From an uncultured Actinomycetes bacterium (GTDB taxonomy: Bacteria > Actinomycetota > Actinomycetes > S36-B12 > UBA5976): 57,072 nucleotides of DNA. How positions within the stretch are numbered: the stretch's first letter is position 1; each line of letters opens with the position of its first letter. Positions 1 through 8,773 of this stretch are shown in pieces. Location: the NCBI GenBank assembly GCA_903892635.1, contig CAITJH010000024.1, positions 1 through 57,072 of the forward strand. Direction: 5' to 3'. The position numbers and the translations under genes were made by a program. The notes beneath the pieces are model-generated. The model searched no databases and had not been told where the DNA came from. It saw nothing but the letters and a program-made list of their open reading frames with translations.

Positions 1-26
1 AATAATGAACACTGACGTTCTCTATT
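1..26. promoter_or_regulatory. Imperfect inverted repeat, candidate TetR operator (may be cut off by the window edge)
   Basis: AATAATGAAC-ACTGAC-GTTCTCTATT, 8/10 arm match, 20 nt upstream of the TetR start. Confidence 0.5.
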
Positions 27-45
27 AGCGGATTGTGAGGAAACG

Positions 46-645
46 ATGACTTTACTGACCTGCCAGCGCAAGCGTGGAGATGACCTCATACACGCCATAC
101 ATTGCGCGGTATTTGATGAATTGGTCTCAAACGGCTTAGAGAAATTCAGCTTTGAAAGTGTCGCCCATCGAGCAGGAACCGGCAAGGCATCCATCTATCG
201 CCGCTGGTCTACTCGAGATGAACTCATCGTCAGCGCCTTCCAAGCCCGCACGAAGCAAATTGAGGCGTCTAGCGCTCCGTCATTCACTTCCCTGCGAGAT
301 GAACTGTTGTTTATGTTCAGCAATACAGCCGCCCAACTCAACAGCGACTTTGGAATCGCCTTGCGTGAGATAGTAAGCGAACTTCATCGCCATTCTGGCT
401 TCGCCATTTTGATTCGAGACTCGATTATCAAAGACCGCGATGCTCGGATTACGTCGGCGATCAACAATGCAATTTCCCGAGGCGAAATTGAACCAGTTAC
501 TTTGACGCAAGCACAACTCGATTTGGGTCCAGCCTTAATTACTCAGCGATTCTTTGTTGACGGCCATGCACCAGACGCTGAATACATCACGCATGTTGTC
601 GACGACATTTTGATGCCGTCTTTCCAGCGCCAATTCGTTTCCTAG
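46..645 (+). CDS. TetR/AcrR family transcriptional regulator
   Basis: N-terminal HTH 'FSFESVAHRAGTGKASIYRRW' and an actinobacterial TetR-type C-terminal domain. Confidence 0.92.
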   Translation: MTLLTCQRKRGDDLIHAIHCAVFDELVSNGLEKFSFESVAHRAGTGKASIYRRWSTRDELIVSAFQARTKQIEASSAPSFTSLRDELLFMFSNTAAQLNSDFGIALREIVSELHRHSGFAILIRDSIIKDRDARITSAINNAISRGEIEPVTLTQAQLDLGPALITQRFFVDGHAPDAEYITHVVDDILMPSFQRQFVS

Positions 646-652
646 AAATTCA

Positions 653-2053
653 CTAATCGAATGCGTGACTACTCGGAAGCTTCATGGCAACAAGAGCAGC
701 GGCCAAGGCAGCGCTTGCTGCCAGTACAAAGATGGCAACAAATGCTGAGCGTGTAGGCAAGGAAACTCCGCCTACATCAACTATGAAATGAGTCATAAAA
801 GCAGCAAGAGTAGCGCTACAGAATGAAGTACCAACAGTGCGCAAAACAGTATTCACACCATTGGCTCCTGCGGTTTCAGAAACAGGCACTGACCTCATGA
901 TGAGGGTAGGCATGGCTGCATACGACATTGCAGTTCCACTCGTAACAATTACGCCACCAAGAATTATTTCGGCCACTGAATTCATCATAAAGATTCGAAA
1001 AATGTAGCCCGTCATAAGTATTACTGCACCGATAATTAGAGTTCGTCGTGGGCCACTTGCCTTTGTTACTCGAGCTGCAACAGGCGAAAATACAATCATC
1101 ATCAATCCTGCTGGAATCAGACACAGTCCAGCTTTCTGAGCGTCTAAACCAAAACCCACCTCATGGCTGATGGGAAGTTGAAGTTGCTGAGTCGTTGTCA
1201 GCATGTTGGCGTACATCGCAAAGCCAACCAACATGGATGTGATATTAGTAAGTAGCACAGGTCGATAACGGAAGGTTTGAAGATCAATCAGCGGTGCACT
1301 CTGCCGATTTTCGAGTCGAATCCACAAAGGCACAATAATCGCCACAATTACCACGCCGACCAAAGTTTTTAACGACATCAAACGCCACTTGGCGGATTCG
1401 GTAATTACTAACAGCGCAGTTCCGAGTGCGATTGAAATGAGCAATGCGCCCATTGCATCAAAACGTCCTCCACTCATGACGGATGATTCCGGAACCACAA
1501 CGGCAACGAGAGCCAACATGATTGCAGCGAACGTTGCCGAAATAAGAAAAACTGAATTCCATCCATAATGCTCATACATGAAACCAGCCAGTGGCAGACC
1601 AAGCACTGCCCCGAGCCCCAAGGTTGAACTCATGTAGGCAACTGATTTTGCTAGGTGTTCACGCGGAATTTCATCGCGCATAATGCTGATACCGATCGGT
1701 ATAAGCGACATCGAAAAGCCTTGCAGCACTCGAGCAACAACCAAAATACCAATCGAGTGGGCAATGCTGCCGACAAATGATCCGGCAAACATAGCGAATA
1801 ACGCGACCATCAGCATGCGTTTCTTGCCATACATGTCAGCAAGACGCGTCAACGAGGGCGTGCCGATTGCGCTGGATAGCAACGTCGCTGTTACAAGCCA
1901 CGACACCGCATCGTGATCCACATTCAGAATCTTTGGCAGATCGGGCAGCAAGGGAATAATCAATGTCTGCATGACTGCAACACATGAACCACTGACAATG
2001 AGAACCGCAGCAATTACCTTGGTCGAGAAGGGTCCAAAGTCTGCTATTCGCAC
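653..2053 (-). CDS. MFS transporter (DHA2/EmrB-QacA-like, about 14 TM)
   Basis: MFS motif A 'RLADMYGKK', 'ARVLQG', 'PLIDL'; many hydrophobic helices; GTG start 6 nt after a TAGGTT -10. Confidence 0.92.
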   Translation of the reverse strand: MRIADFGPFSTKVIAAVLIVSGSCVAVMQTLIIPLLPDLPKILNVDHDAVSWLVTATLLSSAIGTPSLTRLADMYGKKRMLMVALFAMFAGSFVGSIAHSIGILVVARVLQGFSMSLIPIGISIMRDEIPREHLAKSVAYMSSTLGLGAVLGLPLAGFMYEHYGWNSVFLISATFAAIMLALVAVVVPESSVMSGGRFDAMGALLISIALGTALLVITESAKWRLMSLKTLVGVVIVAIIVPLWIRLENRQSAPLIDLQTFRYRPVLLTNITSMLVGFAMYANMLTTTQQLQLPISHEVGFGLDAQKAGLCLIPAGLMMIVFSPVAARVTKASGPRRTLIIGAVILMTGYIFRIFMMNSVAEIILGGVIVTSGTAMSYAAMPTLIMRSVPVSETAGANGVNTVLRTVGTSFCSATLAAFMTHFIVDVGGVSLPTRSAFVAIFVLAASAALAAALVAMKLPSSHAFD

Positions 2054-2160
2054 AGTGAAAACCTAGCATCGCCTTTTCATAGTTCAGCACAGACAACCGC
2101 GCTTCGTTCGGATTCCGAGAACTTGTTAGGGTTAACTCACCTACTACGTACGGAGGAATT

Positions 2161-2577
2161 ATGGGTCTAGGACCTGTAGATGTAGTCATTATTGATTTCC
2201 CTGGTAACAAATTCAATGGTCAGATTGCACCAGCAATTGCTGAACTCGTTGAAAGCGGAACCATTCGTCTCATCGACTTGTTGTTTGTCAGCAAGGATGC
2301 CGATGGTGTTGTCACAACTTTGGCCATCGAAGATCTCGATCCTGCAGCCGGTCCAAGTTTCATGTCGCTCGACGTGTCATTCCCTGGCACTTTGGACAAG
2401 GACGATGCCGATGAAATCAGTGATGATCTTGCGCCAAATAGCTCAGCGCTCATGGTGGCATTTGAAAATACTTGGGCTGCCAAGTTCACCGACGCTATTC
2501 GCGCATCGCAGGCAGTTGTGCTCGATCAGTTCCGCATTCCAGCAGAAGTCGTCAATGGCTTCCTCGACATTAATTAA
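2161..2577 (+). CDS. DUF6325-like acidic hypothetical protein
   Basis: 'GPVDVVIIDFPG..F.G.IAPA..ELVESGTIR.IDL.FV.KD.DG', 'ENTWA' family signature; GGAGG RBS. Confidence 0.75.
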   Translation: MGLGPVDVVIIDFPGNKFNGQIAPAIAELVESGTIRLIDLLFVSKDADGVVTTLAIEDLDPAAGPSFMSLDVSFPGTLDKDDADEISDDLAPNSSALMVAFENTWAAKFTDAIRASQAVVLDQFRIPAEVVNGFLDIN

Positions 2578-2590
2578 TTAGGAGTCAATC

Positions 2591-2854
2591 ATGGGTCTAG
2601 TAAGAGTCGCAGCTCGCACTGCAGTAATTTCAGGAACCGCAACTGCGGTCTCGGGTCGCGTTGCTCGCCGCCAGATGGGAATGGCAGCACAAGAAGCTGC
2701 CGGTTATCAAGCTGCAGCACAAGCGGCTGCACCAGCTGCCGCAGCACAAGAAGATCCACTAGCAAAAGTTCAGCAACTTGCAGATCTTCATGCTCAGGGA
2801 ATTCTTTCAGACGACGAGTTTGCCGCAGCAAAAGCAAAAGCACTCGGCATCTAG
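2591..2854 (+). CDS. SHOCT domain-containing small protein
   Basis: N-terminal 'ARTAVISGTATAVSGRVARRQ', Ala/Gln linker, C-terminal 'LADLHAQGILSDDEFAAAKAKAL' SHOCT; AGGAG RBS. Confidence 0.85.
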   Translation: MGLVRVAARTAVISGTATAVSGRVARRQMGMAAQEAAGYQAAAQAAAPAAAAQEDPLAKVQQLADLHAQGILSDDEFAAAKAKALGI

Positions 2855-2867
2855 TTCAGAACTACTC

Positions 2868-2903
2868 ACTAAGGCCTCGATCCGTTTGGGTCGGGGCCTT
2901 AGT
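2868..2903. terminator. Intrinsic, probably bidirectional, terminator hairpin
   Basis: ACTAAGGCCTCGATCC-GTTT-GGGTCGGGGCCTTAGT stem (with G-U pairs) between the convergent SHOCT and ClC genes. Confidence 0.75.
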
Positions 2904-2914
2904 CGTGCGTGCGA

Positions 2915-4162
2915 TTAATGTGCTGACTTGAGTGGGTTATCTGAACTTGGTACAAACGGGATCGCAACTGCCATTGCGATCGCCATAGACAACCACACAG
3001 ACATTGGGAATAAGAAAATAAATATCAGCAGCACAAGTACAGGCTTGCGCAGGCTGACTACGCATGCAGCCACAAAGCCAGAAGCAGCTAACGCCATTAT
3101 CGATGGGCAGTTAACCAGTTGACCAAACGCTAACGCGATAGCTGCACCAGCAAAGGCCATCGGAAATATCTGGCCACCAAACCAACCACCCGATAAGCAC
3201 ACAACAACAAGCAGCACTTTGAGCAACGACAATGCAACGAGCGACAATGTTGAGTGTCCCCCATCGAGCAAGGCCTGAGTTTCGTGATGACCCGAGAACA
3301 AAACGAGTGGCGTAATGACGGCGCCGATTCCAAGAATGGCGCCACCCACAGTGCCTAAAACGATTGGGCCACCCGGCGTGAATCGCACAAGCGCAGATCG
3401 AACGATAGGTACGAGCCATTCAGTTAATAGCCCAAGTCCAGCAGCGAGGAGTGCGGCAATGCCACACCATAACAAGTTCATACTGATGCCTGGATCAACT
3501 GAAGACGGCGCACTGAACGGCCCAGAGTTGTTATCGGGTAACAACTTGAGGAAAACAATGAAGGCAGAAAGTCCCGCAATAATCTCTGGACCCATTGAAG
3601 TGATCCGTGACATTCGAGATTGCTGCCCCTCAACAACATCAGCTTGAACTGCAACACCTGCAAGTGGTGCCACAAATAGTGCACCCAGCGCTCCAGCCAA
3701 CGACATACGAACGGCTTGTTCGCGACTAATGCGCAATACTCCAGCAAAGCGTGAACTCAACTGAGCGCCAAGCGAGATGAGTGGAGCTTCCGGTCCAAGT
3801 GGTCCACCAAATCCGAGCGAAGTAATTCCCAGCGCTGCTCGACCAAGAATGATTTGAGTCGAAGGTGGAACCTCTGTCTCCGCAGATTCTGCATCAGCGA
3901 ATGCTTCATTGAGATCGTGCGCGGAATTACGATTCTTTTCGGCGAACACATTGATGATTCCGACAATCGCGCCACCGAGAACACAAGCTCCAAAGACGAA
4001 AACATGTGTCTCAGTGTGACCATGATGCGGCCACACAATGTCTTTCAAATGTGCAATGAGCCAAAGGAACAATGAGGCGATAGCGCCCATCGTCACGCCA
4101 AGTACTACGGCGATCGGATAAAGGCGCAATTGCGAATTATGTGATGTTTTCGTTGACCCCAT
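2915..4162 (-). CDS. ClC-family chloride channel/transporter-like protein (no CBS domain)
   Basis: 'LGPEAP', 'GALFVAP', 'GGQIFP' ClC-like motifs; start moved to ATG 4162, which lies 6 nt after a TACTGT -10. Confidence 0.82.
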   Translation of the reverse strand: MGSTKTSHNSQLRLYPIAVVLGVTMGAIASLFLWLIAHLKDIVWPHHGHTETHVFVFGACVLGGAIVGIINVFAEKNRNSAHDLNEAFADAESAETEVPPSTQIILGRAALGITSLGFGGPLGPEAPLISLGAQLSSRFAGVLRISREQAVRMSLAGALGALFVAPLAGVAVQADVVEGQQSRMSRITSMGPEIIAGLSAFIVFLKLLPDNNSGPFSAPSSVDPGISMNLLWCGIAALLAAGLGLLTEWLVPIVRSALVRFTPGGPIVLGTVGGAILGIGAVITPLVLFSGHHETQALLDGGHSTLSLVALSLLKVLLVVVCLSGGWFGGQIFPMAFAGAAIALAFGQLVNCPSIMALAASGFVAACVVSLRKPVLVLLIFIFLFPMSVWLSMAIAMAVAIPFVPSSDNPLKSAH

Positions 4163-4264
4163 AGACAAACAGTAGTTGAACTATTCCTCATTCTGCCGAG
4201 CCACGGCCGTTGGTCTACGGCGTGAAGGTGGGTTTTTTGTGGAAATCAGAATAGTTTTGTATCC

Positions 4265-5002
4265 ATGACGGACAAATGGAATGAACGTACCGCGGGCTTA
4301 ATTACAACGCTCGGCTGCATTTTTCTCATTGCGTTCTCTGCGCCGATCATTGCTCCACACATGCGAACCACTTTGTTTCACTTGTGCGTACTCACTCAGA
4401 TTGTCATTTGGGCACTTTTCATCGTGCACTATGCCGTGTCACTATTTTTAGCTAAAGAACGAAAGAAATTTATTCGAGCAAATATTTTTGGACTTCTGGC
4501 CGTCGCACTTCCGTTACTGGAACCACTGCGAGCAATTCGCGCGCTTGCCCTCGTTGTGGTCATGGCCAAACAACGTGGATTGTCACGACGTCGAAGTTTG
4601 ATTACAACGACTGCCCTTGTCGCAGTGGCAACGTGGTTTTTTGCCGGCCTTGCAGTAACCGAGGCCGAACGCAATGCGGCTGAACGAACAATTCATAACG
4701 TAGGTGACGGCTTATGGTGGGCCATCACCACGATGGCAACTGTCGGATACGGCGATACATATCCCGTCACCATGGGTGGACGCGCAATCGGAGCCATCTT
4801 AATGATCATGAGTATCGCGTTGATTGGAACCATGACGGCGACAATTGCTTCGTACTTCACTGAGATTTACGGCTCGAGTCCAAAGACTTACTCAAAATCT
4901 GCGGCCGCAACGTTGAACGAAACTCTTCAACTTCGCCAGGAAATCGCTTCCCTTAAAGCGCAAGTGGCACAATTCGAATCGGGAAAATCCTCAGATTCCT
5001 GA
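4265..5002 (+). CDS. Potassium channel (voltage-gated-like ion transporter)
   Basis: Selectivity filter 'TMATVGYGD', pore helix 'DGLWWAITT', S4-like 'PLRAIRAL', C-terminal coiled coil. Confidence 0.92.
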   Translation: MTDKWNERTAGLITTLGCIFLIAFSAPIIAPHMRTTLFHLCVLTQIVIWALFIVHYAVSLFLAKERKKFIRANIFGLLAVALPLLEPLRAIRALALVVVMAKQRGLSRRRSLITTTALVAVATWFFAGLAVTEAERNAAERTIHNVGDGLWWAITTMATVGYGDTYPVTMGGRAIGAILMIMSIALIGTMTATIASYFTEIYGSSPKTYSKSAAATLNETLQLRQEIASLKAQVAQFESGKSSDS

Positions 5003-5053
5003 AGCCACGCGCTCAATACTCGAGGGCGAACACTTGCACAATAAGATCAAAGA

Positions 5054-5806
5054 ATGTCTTTAAACGTCAACGGTCGTTTTGCTCGAAATGCTGGCTACGC
5101 GTTACACGTCATGACAGCAAGTGGCGCCGTTGTAGGAATGCTGGCACTGCAAGCCGTCATCAATGACAACATTCATGCTGCACTCGTGTGGCTGGTGATC
5201 TCACAAATTCTCGATGGGCTCGATGGCCCTATTGCTCGTAAATTTGATGTCCCCCTTACTGCCCCTCGAGTTGACGGCCACATTCTTGATCTTGTTGTGG
5301 ACTATGTGACCTGCGTAGTTGTACCGATTGCTTTCATGAACCATTTTTTGATGTTGCCCTCGCACTCGGAGACCTTGCTTGCCGGCTCAATGTTTCTGTT
5401 CTCGGCGCTGTGGTTTGCTCGAACAGATCTAGAAACCGACGACCACTGGTTCAACGGATTTCCAGCTGCCTGGAATCTTGCGGTGCCCACACTGTTACTT
5501 GCGCACACGTCCACTGCGCAAGTTGCGATCATTTGTGGGGTGCTCTGCGCAAGCCAGCTAACAAACTTCAAAATGCCGCACATCGTTCGATCACCACAAT
5601 TGCGTTCCATAACCCTCCCCTTCGGCATCATTTATTTAGCGAATCTGACGTACTTGTCTGTGACGTACACAAATTCTGGTGACAACAACTTGACGTGGCT
5701 CACTGGCGGAATCCTGTTCGGCTTCCCAATCTATGTTTTTGCTATTTCGATTTGGCGTACGTTTATTTATCGAGAAACACCTGGAGAGCTTTCGCTGAAC
5801 GCTTAA
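5054..5806 (+). CDS. pcs: CDP-alcohol phosphatidyltransferase, phosphatidylcholine synthase (Pcs)-like
   Basis: 'H..TASG', 'DGLDGPIARK', 'DG..LD.VVDY' and 'F.GFP..WN' match Pcs-type CDP-alcohol phosphotransferases. Confidence 0.7.
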   Translation: MSLNVNGRFARNAGYALHVMTASGAVVGMLALQAVINDNIHAALVWLVISQILDGLDGPIARKFDVPLTAPRVDGHILDLVVDYVTCVVVPIAFMNHFLMLPSHSETLLAGSMFLFSALWFARTDLETDDHWFNGFPAAWNLAVPTLLLAHTSTAQVAIICGVLCASQLTNFKMPHIVRSPQLRSITLPFGIIYLANLTYLSVTYTNSGDNNLTWLTGGILFGFPIYVFAISIWRTFIYRETPGELSLNA

Positions 5807-5869
5807 GGCGACTTGAGTGCTGCCACTCACACCTCGCTAAGATTGAGTGAGTAAAGGTGGTTAAGAATC

Positions 5870-6184
5870 ATGGCTGGAATCCCGCTATTAATGCGTGAAC
5901 TAACGCCGTTCGAACATTCAGTCTTATTACTCTTGTGCGAGGGAAAGACAAATGCAGCCATCGCTCATGAGACCAGTCACTCGGAAAAAGTCATCGAGAA
6001 CACGGTAAGCCGAGCTGCCCATGCATTTAATTTGCACGCAACTCCAGATACAAATTTACGAGTGGTCCTTGCGCTTGCCTATCGATCCCATTTTGGCGAT
6101 AAAGCATTTGAACGCTTTGGAGTGGAATGCCAGTACGCGGAGGTCGACGAGAATGGCAAACGAATGTGTAATCGGCACATCTAG
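5870..6184 (+). CDS. Stand-alone LuxR/NarL-type HTH protein with a Cys/His-containing C-terminal tail
   Basis: 'LTPFEHSVLLLLCEGKTNAAIA...SEKVIENTVS' LuxR HTH; no receiver domain; start could instead be ATG 5891. Confidence 0.75.
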   Translation: MAGIPLLMRELTPFEHSVLLLLCEGKTNAAIAHETSHSEKVIENTVSRAAHAFNLHATPDTNLRVVLALAYRSHFGDKAFERFGVECQYAEVDENGKRMCNRHI

Positions 6185-6199
6185 GTGACTGCTCTCACA
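6184..6199. promoter_or_regulatory. CRP/FNR-like site upstream of cydA
   Basis: GGTGA-CTGCTC-TCACA versus consensus TGTGA-N6-TCACA (1 mismatch). Confidence 0.45.
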
Positions 6200-6205
6200 A
6201 TCGCG

Positions 6206-6221
6206 TGAGGGCTAGCCCTCA
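6206..6221. promoter_or_regulatory. Perfect 16-bp palindrome (operator or terminator) upstream of cydA
   Basis: TGAGGGCTAGCCCTCA is its own reverse complement. Confidence 0.6.
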
Positions 6222-6233
6222 TCACTATTAGGT

Positions 6234-6251
6234 TTTTGAATTAAATCGCAA
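6234..6251. promoter_or_regulatory. Weak Rex-box-like site
   Basis: TTTTGAA-TTAA-ATCGCAA versus TTGTGAA-N4-TTCACAA (3 mismatches); cyd operons are Rex targets in Streptomyces. Confidence 0.3.
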
Positions 6252-6294
6252 AATACCCTTGAGATGTAAGAAAAATACTCTCAAGGAGATTCAC

Positions 6295-7695
6295 ATGGAC
6301 GCCCTAGAACTAGCTAGATGGCAGTTCGGCATCACAACCGTTTACCACTTCCTCTTCGTCCCAATCACAATCGGATTGGGCTTTCTCGTGGCTGGACTAC
6401 AGACCGCTTGGTACCGCACGGGAAAAGATACCTATCTTCGTGCCACGAAGTTCTACGGGAAGTTGTTTTTGATCAACTTCGCCATGGGCGTGGTCACCGG
6501 AATCGTTCAGGAATTTCAATTCGGAATGAATTGGTCCACTTATTCACGATTCGTTGGCGACATTTTCGGAGCGCCACTCGCTATTGAGGGATTGCTCGCT
6601 TTCTTCCTTGAATCCACGTTCTTAGGTGCATGGATCTTTGGCTGGGACCGACTTCCAAAGAAGATGCACCTTGCCACGATTTGGCTCGCTGCTACTGGCA
6701 CACTGCTATCTGCCTACTTCATTCTGGCTGCCAACTCTTTCATGCAACATCCAACTGGGTATATCTACAACCAAACAACTGGTCGTGCTGAATTAACGAG
6801 CATTGTTGCGGTCTTGACTCAGAAAACAGCAGTGACTGCCTTCTTCCATACAATTTCCTCTGCATTCCTTGAAGCAGGCGCGCTCGTGGCCGGTGTTTCA
6901 GCTTGGTTACTCGTGAAGAACAAGGCCGTAGACGTAGCTCGACCCACAATGAAGATGGGTCTTATCACAACACTCGTTGCAAGCGTTTTGGTCTTTATCT
7001 CTGGAGACATGCAAGCACGCGTAATGACGATGCAACAACCAATGAAGATGGCCGCGGCCGAGGCACAGTTCAATACAACTGACCATGCGTCGTTTAGCAT
7101 CTTCACCATCGGCACTCCCGATGGCAAGGCACCTAAATTCCAGATTCGTATTCCAAATGTTCTATCGATCATGTCCACTGGTTCAGCAGAAGGAACTGTA
7201 GAAGGCATCAATGACTTGCAAGCCGAATACGAAAAGACGTACGGCCCAGGTTCATACACCCCAATAGTTCCGATCGCCTACTGGGCATTTCGATTCATGA
7301 TTGGATTTGGTGCTCTTGCCGGCCTATTCGCACTGTACGCACTGTGGGCTACACGCAAGAACCGCATACCAAGTAATAAGTGGTTTGCTCGATTCGCACT
7401 AGCGATGCCCTTCTTGCCACTCATTGGAATCAGCGTTGGCTGGATCTTTACCGAGATGGCACGTCAACCATGGATTGTCTTCGGCTTGATGCGCACCTCT
7501 GATGCCGTTTCGGTTGCAGTCAGTGGTACGGAAGTTCTGATTTCTCTTGTTGTTCTGACATTGCTTTACGCAGCACTTGCTGTGATCGAGTTCGGTTTGA
7601 TCACCAAGGCAATCAAGGTCGGTCCACCAGAAAACGTCGTCGTTCACGATGACGCCAGCTCAGAGAATGAACGTGTTCTCACGTTCTCGTACTAA
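6295..7695 (+). CDS. cydA: Cytochrome bd ubiquinol oxidase subunit I
   Basis: 'LARWQFGITTVYHFLFVP', 'QEFQFGMNWS', 'QPMKMAAAE', 'EMARQPW'; start set at ATG 6295 after AAGGAG. Confidence 0.98.
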   Translation: MDALELARWQFGITTVYHFLFVPITIGLGFLVAGLQTAWYRTGKDTYLRATKFYGKLFLINFAMGVVTGIVQEFQFGMNWSTYSRFVGDIFGAPLAIEGLLAFFLESTFLGAWIFGWDRLPKKMHLATIWLAATGTLLSAYFILAANSFMQHPTGYIYNQTTGRAELTSIVAVLTQKTAVTAFFHTISSAFLEAGALVAGVSAWLLVKNKAVDVARPTMKMGLITTLVASVLVFISGDMQARVMTMQQPMKMAAAEAQFNTTDHASFSIFTIGTPDGKAPKFQIRIPNVLSIMSTGSAEGTVEGINDLQAEYEKTYGPGSYTPIVPIAYWAFRFMIGFGALAGLFALYALWATRKNRIPSNKWFARFALAMPFLPLIGISVGWIFTEMARQPWIVFGLMRTSDAVSVAVSGTEVLISLVVLTLLYAALAVIEFGLITKAIKVGPPENVVVHDDASSENERVLTFSY

Positions 7696-7714
7696 GAATT
7701 AGGAGGAAATCATC

Positions 7715-8764
7715 ATGGAACTACAAACCGTTTGGTTCGGCCTCATCGCCGTTCTTTGGACCGGCTACTTCATCCTCGAAGGTTTCGACTTTGGCGTTGG
7801 AATGCTTCTGCGCATTGTTGGCAAGAATGAGGCAGAACGCCGTGCCATCATCACGACTCTCGGGCCGTTGTGGGATGGAAATGAAGTGTGGGTACTTGTG
7901 GCTGGTGGCGCAACTTTCGCTGCTTTCCCAGAGTGGTACGCCACCTTGTTTAGCGGCTTTTACTTGCCACTCTTACTCATTCTTGTAGCGCTCATCATTC
8001 GTGGCGTTGCATTTGAATACCGCAGCAAGCACGCTGACCTTGCTTGGCGTGCACGATGGGACTGGGCAATTGCTATTGGCTCCTTCCTTCCAGCACTCCT
8101 TTGGGGTGTTGCGTTTGCCAACATCGTTCGCGGTGTGCCACTTGAAGTGAGTGGACTTGGAAATGTCGAATATGTCGGCGGGTTTTTCAACTTGTTAAAC
8201 CCTTACGCACTTCTCGGAGGCCTTGTCACACTGACGCTATTCCTGACACACGGCGCGATCTTCTTGACGCTCAAAATGTCTGGCGATATTCGTGAGCGTG
8301 CACATGCCCTAGTCACCAAGATTGGATTGACCGCCGCAGTACTGGCAGTTGTGTTCCTCCTATGGACACAGCTTTCATACAGCGACAAGACCTGGACTTG
8401 GGTAACCATTTTGACGGCAGCAGGTTGCTGGCTCGCTGGGCTTGGAATGAACATAAAGCGACGCGAAGGTTGGGCGTTCATTTTCAGTGCTTTAACACTC
8501 GCTCTGACAGTAGTGTCGCTGTTTGGTGTGCTCTACCCCAATGTAATGCCAAACATTGATCGCGCACTCGTTGGTCTTGACATTCACAATGCCTCTTCCA
8601 CCGAATACACACTCAGGATCATGACAACGGTGGCCGTCATATTCACTCCAATTGTCTTGGCGTATCAAGCCTGGACTTACTGGGTATTTCGCAAACGAAT
8701 GTCCTCTGAGCAAATCCCTACACCGGAGGCTGGCACACTTGGAGAGCTCACGAAATCGCACTAA
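7715..8764 (+). CDS. cydB: Cytochrome bd ubiquinol oxidase subunit II
   Basis: 'LEGFDFGVG', 'GPLWDGNEVW', 'RGVAFEYR'. Confidence 0.98.
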   Translation: MELQTVWFGLIAVLWTGYFILEGFDFGVGMLLRIVGKNEAERRAIITTLGPLWDGNEVWVLVAGGATFAAFPEWYATLFSGFYLPLLLILVALIIRGVAFEYRSKHADLAWRARWDWAIAIGSFLPALLWGVAFANIVRGVPLEVSGLGNVEYVGGFFNLLNPYALLGGLVTLTLFLTHGAIFLTLKMSGDIRERAHALVTKIGLTAAVLAVVFLLWTQLSYSDKTWTWVTILTAAGCWLAGLGMNIKRREGWAFIFSALTLALTVVSLFGVLYPNVMPNIDRALVGLDIHNASSTEYTLRIMTTVAVIFTPIVLAYQAWTYWVFRKRMSSEQIPTPEAGTLGELTKSH

Positions 8765-8773
8765 AGGAGAAAT

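Noticed and set aside
4175..4251. Fluoride or c-di-AMP riboswitch for the ClC/K+ channel genes
   Set aside because: The consensus elements were not recognised, the spacer is too short, and both genes look leaderless.
5815..5830. TGAGTG-CTGC-CACTCA as a CIRCE-like element
   Set aside because: Arm order and spacer do not match CIRCE; it is only a 6-bp hairpin, at best a weak terminator or operator.
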